A stretch of 64,000 nucleotides of DNA from Laetmonice hystrix (lineage: Eukaryota). This document shows positions 58,124-64,000 of this stretch, one piece after another. The position numbers and the translations under genes are program-made. Each line of letters begins with the position of its first letter. Positions within the stretch are counted from its first letter, which is position 1. A model generated the notes under the pieces. The model saw nothing but the letters and a program-made list of their open reading frames with translations, made no database searches and was not told the origin of the DNA. The stretch spans positions 34,536,001-34,600,000 of the forward strand of contig OZ249440.1 in the NCBI GenBank assembly GCA_965235115.1, read 5' to 3'.

Positions 58124-60041
58124 TTTTACAATTTTGTGAGTTATTGCGTCATGTCCCCCTCCCCCCTCTCTCTTTCTCCCTTTCTATCTACATATAGTTT
58201 GCAGGTTTGGCGCCACACAATGTGCCTTTATATATATATATACATATATTTTACAACTTGCCAGGTGCCATAATTTTATACATCTTATCCTTTTAATGTG
58301 ATTAAAAGAATTTTAACTCCCAACTTCGCCTTGTCTACGAGTGTTTTACGGTAATGGTTTAGTGGTGGGGTGCTTGTCACCTCAAGACGGATCATTGCCG
58401 GCACTCGTGGTCAACTCTCCCTAACCCAACACTCTGTGCTCTCTATTGTTAACCAAATTCTCTGTCGTCACACTATTTCCGGCTATTCCCTGCACTCCAC
58501 TTCTCACCGGTCAGTTCCACACCAACCTTCGACCAGACCACAACTTTTACTACCACCCACCCACCCTACAAGTTAAAGGCTCAGTATTAACATGTTTTGG
58601 TCTTTTATGCGCCATACCGTGTCTCTGTATATATGGCGCCACACAATGTGCCTTTATATATATATATACATATATTTTACAACTTGCCAGGTGCCATAAT
58701 TTTATACATCTTATCCTTTTAATGTGATTAAAAGAATTTTAACTCCCAACTTCGCCTTGTCTACGAGTGTTTTACGGTAATGAGTGGTCCATATTAATTT
58801 TGACAGTACAGACATGTGAAAAAAAGGTTGAAGAGCATAAAGCCTTCATTACTTCAAACCACAGGTACAAGTATAATTGACATAATCTATCATAGAATAA
58901 ATTCATTACAAAAACCTTTGTGAAATTCATAGGGGAAACATTAGCTGTCCCAAACTTACAGTTTTGTGCCTCTACGCTCTGCCCACACACAAGTTCCACC
59001 GGTTACTTCAACACAATGTCCAAGCTTGTCCTAGCTTGCATTTCAAAGTCACAGAGTGGTGCACTATCTGCTCCACGGAAAACCCGCAGTGGTAAAATAT
59101 TTTACCACTGGCTCCAAAACCATGTGTGTCCAAGCTCTGACAATCACGAACTGCCCAGAGCACTGATCTGCCGGTCACTCAGGCACGTCCGGTGACCCCC
59201 ACACCTGACCACTCACCCCGGTACATGCACTGACCAGGCACACTTGGTCACTCAAAAATAACTAACCTGGAAAACTAGGACCAGGCATATATGGTCACCT
59301 AAACCAACTAGATTGGGAAATAAAGTTATATTACTGGCACGCCCACCCTGACTGTAACATCTCCTAAAGCTTGGTTGAAAAATAATCGGATTTGGAAGAT
59401 ATTCACCAATATTCACCAGCTCACTAATTGATCACTTTTCAGTGCAGACTACAACGGCCGGCCGGCCTGCCTGTGTGCTATATGCATATAGCGCGCGCCA
59501 GGCAGGGCGGGATGGCTTGCATAATCGCTATACATATAAAAGCTAGCCACTTAATACCCACCATGAACCGACTGATTTGTTCCTTGTTTTATTCTACGTC
59601 CCTTCTTAAATTTTCCTAACGAGGCAAATCAAAAAATATCGGCCTTTCCCCACATCACTATATTTAGGTTATACTGAGGCGCAGCGCCCGACACCGTCTG
59701 CTGGCGGGTGAGCGGTGAAATCGGTGCCCAATTACTCTCGCAAACATCGCTAAATTATTCGCTTTAGAAGTTTCAGATTGGCGTTAAAATTGTGAATTGA
59801 ACACTCAAAGATGTCCTCGTCGTACTGGTATATTTCATTAAACCTCTGGTGCCCCGTACGTGTCACTATAAACGCCTCATAGTGTACTATCCACCAGACA
59901 GTCGGGCTTGCGGCCACGCTACCAGTCAGCGTGCAGGGCCGGTCACGCTTGGCTGGCGGTGAGGTCGGGCGCTCAGTGGTCATCCTGCACACACTGTGCC
60001 TAATAACCTGTACAACGGTCGCTCAATGACAGTATCAAGTA

Positions 60042-61444
60042 CAGTCAAATGTCCCTAATGCGGACACCTGTTTTGCCAAGTAAAACTGTCCGCATTTGGG
60101 AAGTGTCCGTTTAAGGGACGTTCCACTTAGCTGAGCACACCTGACGGCAGTTTCATGAACCAAATTGGACAGCTACCCCTATTGGTATCTTTGTGAACTA
60201 AAACGGATGTTTGACCCTAAAATAAGCATAAATATTTAATATACAACTAATGTATTATCAAAATAGGAACATTTAGATAGATACATCCTTTATTTACACA
60301 TAAATTCAAATTCAATAAAATTGAGTTTTCGGGCAAAGGACAGTGGCGACTTGAGTTTCCCCGACCCCAAACTTCTCAGCCAGCTAACTCCGACTCCGAC
60401 CAGGGCTTTCCTTGATCAGTTTGACCTTTTCCTTGAGGTTAAGGTCTGTCCGTTTGTTGGTTTTCTTTGGCATCGTTATGTTGCGAGATCAAGCAATTAA
60501 GAGGTTGTGGAGGAAAGAACAAATGAACCTGCTTATAACCCACTGGAAGTCCACACCTTGACTCCAAGCTTCCCATTTTAAACGAGACACCTTGGCAGAA
60601 AAAGCTTATTCGAGATTACAGGATGTTGAGTCAGACAGTTTTAAAATGAAATGTGGCAGTTCATTATCTTTCTGTGGATAAAACAGCTGTAGGGGCCTGC
60701 TGTAGGGGACCCTACCCGGTGGTCTGGCTCTCTGCGTCGCCAGCAACCGGCCTGCCCTTGCACTCACCCCCACCTCCCCACTCCCGGCCCAAGTGCTGCT
60801 CGACTGGCCCCCTCGGTCGGTCATCATGGCTCACTCCACCAGGCCAACCTAAGCCCCACACCGTCCACCGCCTCCCGATGACCGCCCTCCCGACCACCCT
60901 CCCGTTGGACCACAACGGGTGTTGGGACGTCCCCTCCGTTTCACTCCTCCAACCGTACGATTAACTTTAAATTTTACTCGCCCGAATAGGCTTATACGAT
61001 CGGACGTGGTTTTTTTCCAGCCCTGGCCAGGTCAAAATTTTAAATTGAAAAATCAAATCTTACATTAAACCGGGTTGATCTCTTTAAATGAAGCAGGTCT
61101 GAGCCTATGACCAATTTTTTAAATGCCGCCATAAAGTTGTCTCTACCAGTCTTAATCTCCCATTGTAACCATTACATTACCACAACATTTGCACGGCTCA
61201 TATGTGTCGATTCGTGCGTGTATTGTTTGTTCTGCCATTGTAGTAACTGCTAAAATCACTGACACCAGAGGTGTGACCCCAGATTCGAGCTGTCCGCAGT
61301 GGGACGTTCCCTGTTTTGAGGTGTCCTGATAAGAGACACTTTGCTATATAGCTTAACTATAGGAAAAAAATCGGTTCTTTCTCAAACTGTCCGCATTTGG
61401 GAGTGTCCTGCTTAGAGGAGTGTCCGCATAGGGACATTTGACTG
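60042..61444 (-). mobile_element. Tigger/pogo-like non-autonomous DNA transposon
   Basis: TIRs CAGTCAAATGTCCCTA...TAGGGACATTTGACTG with a TA TSD. Minus-strand remnant KRTDLNLKEKVKLIKE...LAEKFGVGETQVATVL (CENP-B-type HTH) at ~60338-60457. Confidence 0.85.
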
Positions 61445-61793
61445 TATACTACAGCATATAATTACAGCAATGAATCCTAAGGTCATTTTAGAGGTCATAC
61501 GGGCCATGAAAATATCCCAAAATTTTCCGGGAATTTGGGTGGGGTGGGCGGGGATATGGGGTTTTATGCCTTGCAACAGCCAGGATCATATTAGGGCGGT
61601 GAAGAGGATGATTAAACTCGGCTTTTCTTGGGAGAGGAATCCCTCCCCCAGGAATTGTGCAAAATTCCAATAAAATTCTGGAAAAGTCATAGACATTCAA
61701 AATATTGTAATGGATGGCTACAACGTCCCGTTGGCCCGCAAATTCCATCCGGCTGACATAGGAGACATTGTAGACACTGTTTGTACATCTTAC

Positions 61794-61901
61794 AGTGAGG
61801 GAGTTAGTAGTGGTCTTACGCAGTGTGGGCATCCGGGGCCATCTTCACAGTGAAAACAGAGTTAAAAGACCATAAAATTAAAGGAACCTATTTTATCCTG
61901 G
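61794..61901 (-). mobile_element. Diverged Nimb-like 3'UTR fragment
   Basis: Similar to the tail and 3'UTR at 28012-28120. Confidence 0.75.
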
Positions 61902-62549
61902 CTGCTCAAAGAATATAGTCATAATGCATCATTATCTAAATGCTTCAGTCAGCGCAGATGGCACATACGTAATCACAAGAGTGTAAATGCTTTCAGCTTT
62001 ACAGGAAATAACATCCGATCTCGGAGCTACAGAACCCCACCGAACCGAGATGAATAGTAGTAACAAATCTCTCATACTCGAAGTATTGGAGCGGTACTTA
62101 AGTGTTAATTTGCGGGACCTCACACCTCGTAGATCAATCGTAGAAAGAAAGAAGGCTAGCACTTTTTTTCCAGGAAAGAAATTTTGCATAGAATGTGGAC
62201 GACAAAGGAAGGAGTGTTCCAGGTGCCATCGCCCTATGCCCGACCGTTTTTACACCAACAACCCTAACGAGGAGTGCAATTGCAATTGCAATTTCACCTC
62301 GGACAACGCTATAGTGTTTCCGGAAATAGCTGAGATAGAACACATGAGTGAGCCGAGCAGCAGTTTTACGCGAACACTCGAGCTGGACGGACGGGTTTAT
62401 TGAGAGCACTGTGCAAGGATTACGTTGACTCCTTTTTAAGCCCATATGGCCGTTTAATTTTGTCTTATTGCAAGCCTACAGCCTGCCGGGCGTAAAGGTG
62501 GAATATTTCGTATATTTTAATCTAATTTCGAGTTATTTGTCATTCTAGG

Positions 62550-64000
62550 AGCGAGTGAGCGAGTGAGTGAGTAGTGGTGGTTTTCCGCCGTGCCGGCATC
62601 TGGGGCCATATTCACGGCGAAAACAGAGTTATAAGACCATAAAACCAAAGGAACCTATTTTATCCCGGGTCCCAGCGGGAACACCACCAAAACACATCTA
62701 TAATAGAGTCAGAAGTCCAGCCTCTGACAAGAACTCTAAAATCACTCCTGGTCTGATATTGCTAAAAAGATCCTTAAGACTCGTCTCATTATAAAACCTT
62801 TGTCTGATGAGAGTAAAATCGCCACATTCGAGTAAAAGATGCTTCAGTGTCAAAGGACACTGACAGCCATAACATTCTGGAGGTGGCTCCCCCTTCAATA
62901 AAAACACATGGGTTAATCTAGAATGACCAACTCTGCATCGAGTAAAAACAATTTCATGCCTACGTTGGGTTAGGCCATGATGATACCTTTGGTTTACCAT
63001 GGGACTGATCTGATACAACTTATTGTTTGGTTGTTCATCCCATTCGGCCTGCCATTTGTTTTTAACATAAGCCCAGATGGTAGGTCTGAGGTCAGAGGCT
63101 GGGATTGGACACAATTCGACGTCTGTTTCAAGAGCCCTGTTGGCAGTTCTGTCTGCTTGCTCATTGCCGGGGATGCCAACATGACCAGGCACCCAGCAAA
63201 AGTGAATGTCAAAGTTTGCATTGGCAAGCATTGCCAACTTGGACAAGATTCGAACGATCACTGGGTGATCTGTGTTCAAGTTAGCAAGTGCTTGCAGACA
63301 GGATAAGGAATCCGAGAAAATAAGGAAGTCCTTTTTGCCCCAAACTTCAATATTTTGAAGGGCAAGAAGCAGGGCCCGGGCCTCTGCTGAGAAGATGGAA
63401 CTTTGCCTTGAGATGCGGGTGCCGAAGTTGTGTTTGCCATGAACTGCTGCCGCAGACACATCACTGCCATCCTTTGAGCCATCAGTATAGAAGGCATAAT
63501 GAGACAGATACCTTGCCTGGACGTCAAGGAAATGGTCAAAATATGTCAGGGGATGAGTCTCCGATTTCTTCAGTTGAGCCAACTGAAGAATGACATCAGG
63601 CTTTTCCAGGTCCCAAGGAGGGATATTGCAAAAGTGTGTCTGCCCCAGGGCGTTCAGATCAACATCCAGTTCCTCTAGATGAGGTTTCACCCTCAGTCCA
63701 AAAGGACGTATGTACGTTTCCTTTCTTTCATATAAATGTTGGAACTGAGGGTGAAAAACGCAATTGTAAGCTGGATTTGACCCATTTGTCCCGAGCTTGA
63801 CTGCATAATGCAGAGCCAGCTTCAGACGCCTGTTGTAAAGCGAAAGGCTCTGTGGCCTCCAGATAGAGGCTCTGAACAGGAGACGTTCTAAAAGCCCCAA
63901 GTGAAAGCCGCAAACCCTGGTGGTGAACCGTGTCCAAAAGCCGTATGTAAGACTTACAAGCAGAACCGTAAACTATGCTGCCGTAATCGAGCTTCGACCG
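62550..64000 (-). mobile_element. Nimb-like LINE 3' portion, running off the window end
   Basis: ORF 62698-63900 covers RNase H and the C-terminus; tail at ~62550. Confidence 0.93.

Larger units (their letters stand above)
53637..58782 (+). mobile_element. Intact Ngaro-type tyrosine-recombinase (DIRS order) retrotransposon
   Basis: Split direct repeats A1 53637-53830, B1 58208-58356, A2 58357-58550, B2 58634-58782 (A1-ORFs-B1-A2-B2); gag, RT/RH and YR ORFs. Confidence 0.95.

Noticed and set aside
15997..62794. Recurrent + strand ORFs 'MSSGGFAPCRH...' and other ORFs antisense to the LINE
   Set aside because: They start at GTG in the (GAGT)n tail and only mirror the LINE 3' end; there is no independent coding evidence.
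6071..64000. Drosophila-style telomeric retrotransposon array
   Set aside because: Several copies have TSDs showing internal insertion, copies are interspersed with other DNA, and there are no TTAGGG-type arrays. Kept only as a weak alternative for the strand bias.

Overview
This is eukaryotic DNA, most likely from a marine invertebrate (inferred from the TE repertoire). It is almost entirely nested mobile elements. (1) An I-group (Nimb/Ingi-like) RNase H LINE family with (ACTC)n tails appears as about 15 copies or fragments, all on the minus strand, including one intact full-length copy (28012-33682, 13-bp TSD). (2) A full-length CR1/L2-group LINE (~6455-15862) has an L1-type ORF1 fused to a NADAR/YbiA domain; this is the most striking feature. 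A Helentron-type non-autonomous element with a 258-bp tandem array splits its ORF2. (3) An intact Ngaro-type tyrosine-recombinase retrotransposon has identical split direct repeats (53637-58782). (4) There are decayed MULE, Gypsy, DIRS, Tigger and Kolobok-like remnants and MITEs. (5) An unexplained ~13 kb island (37-50.5 kb) holds an intact 4-exon gene of unknown function and a stand-alone SGNH hydrolase ORF. All family calls come from motif recognition by eye; no database search was run.
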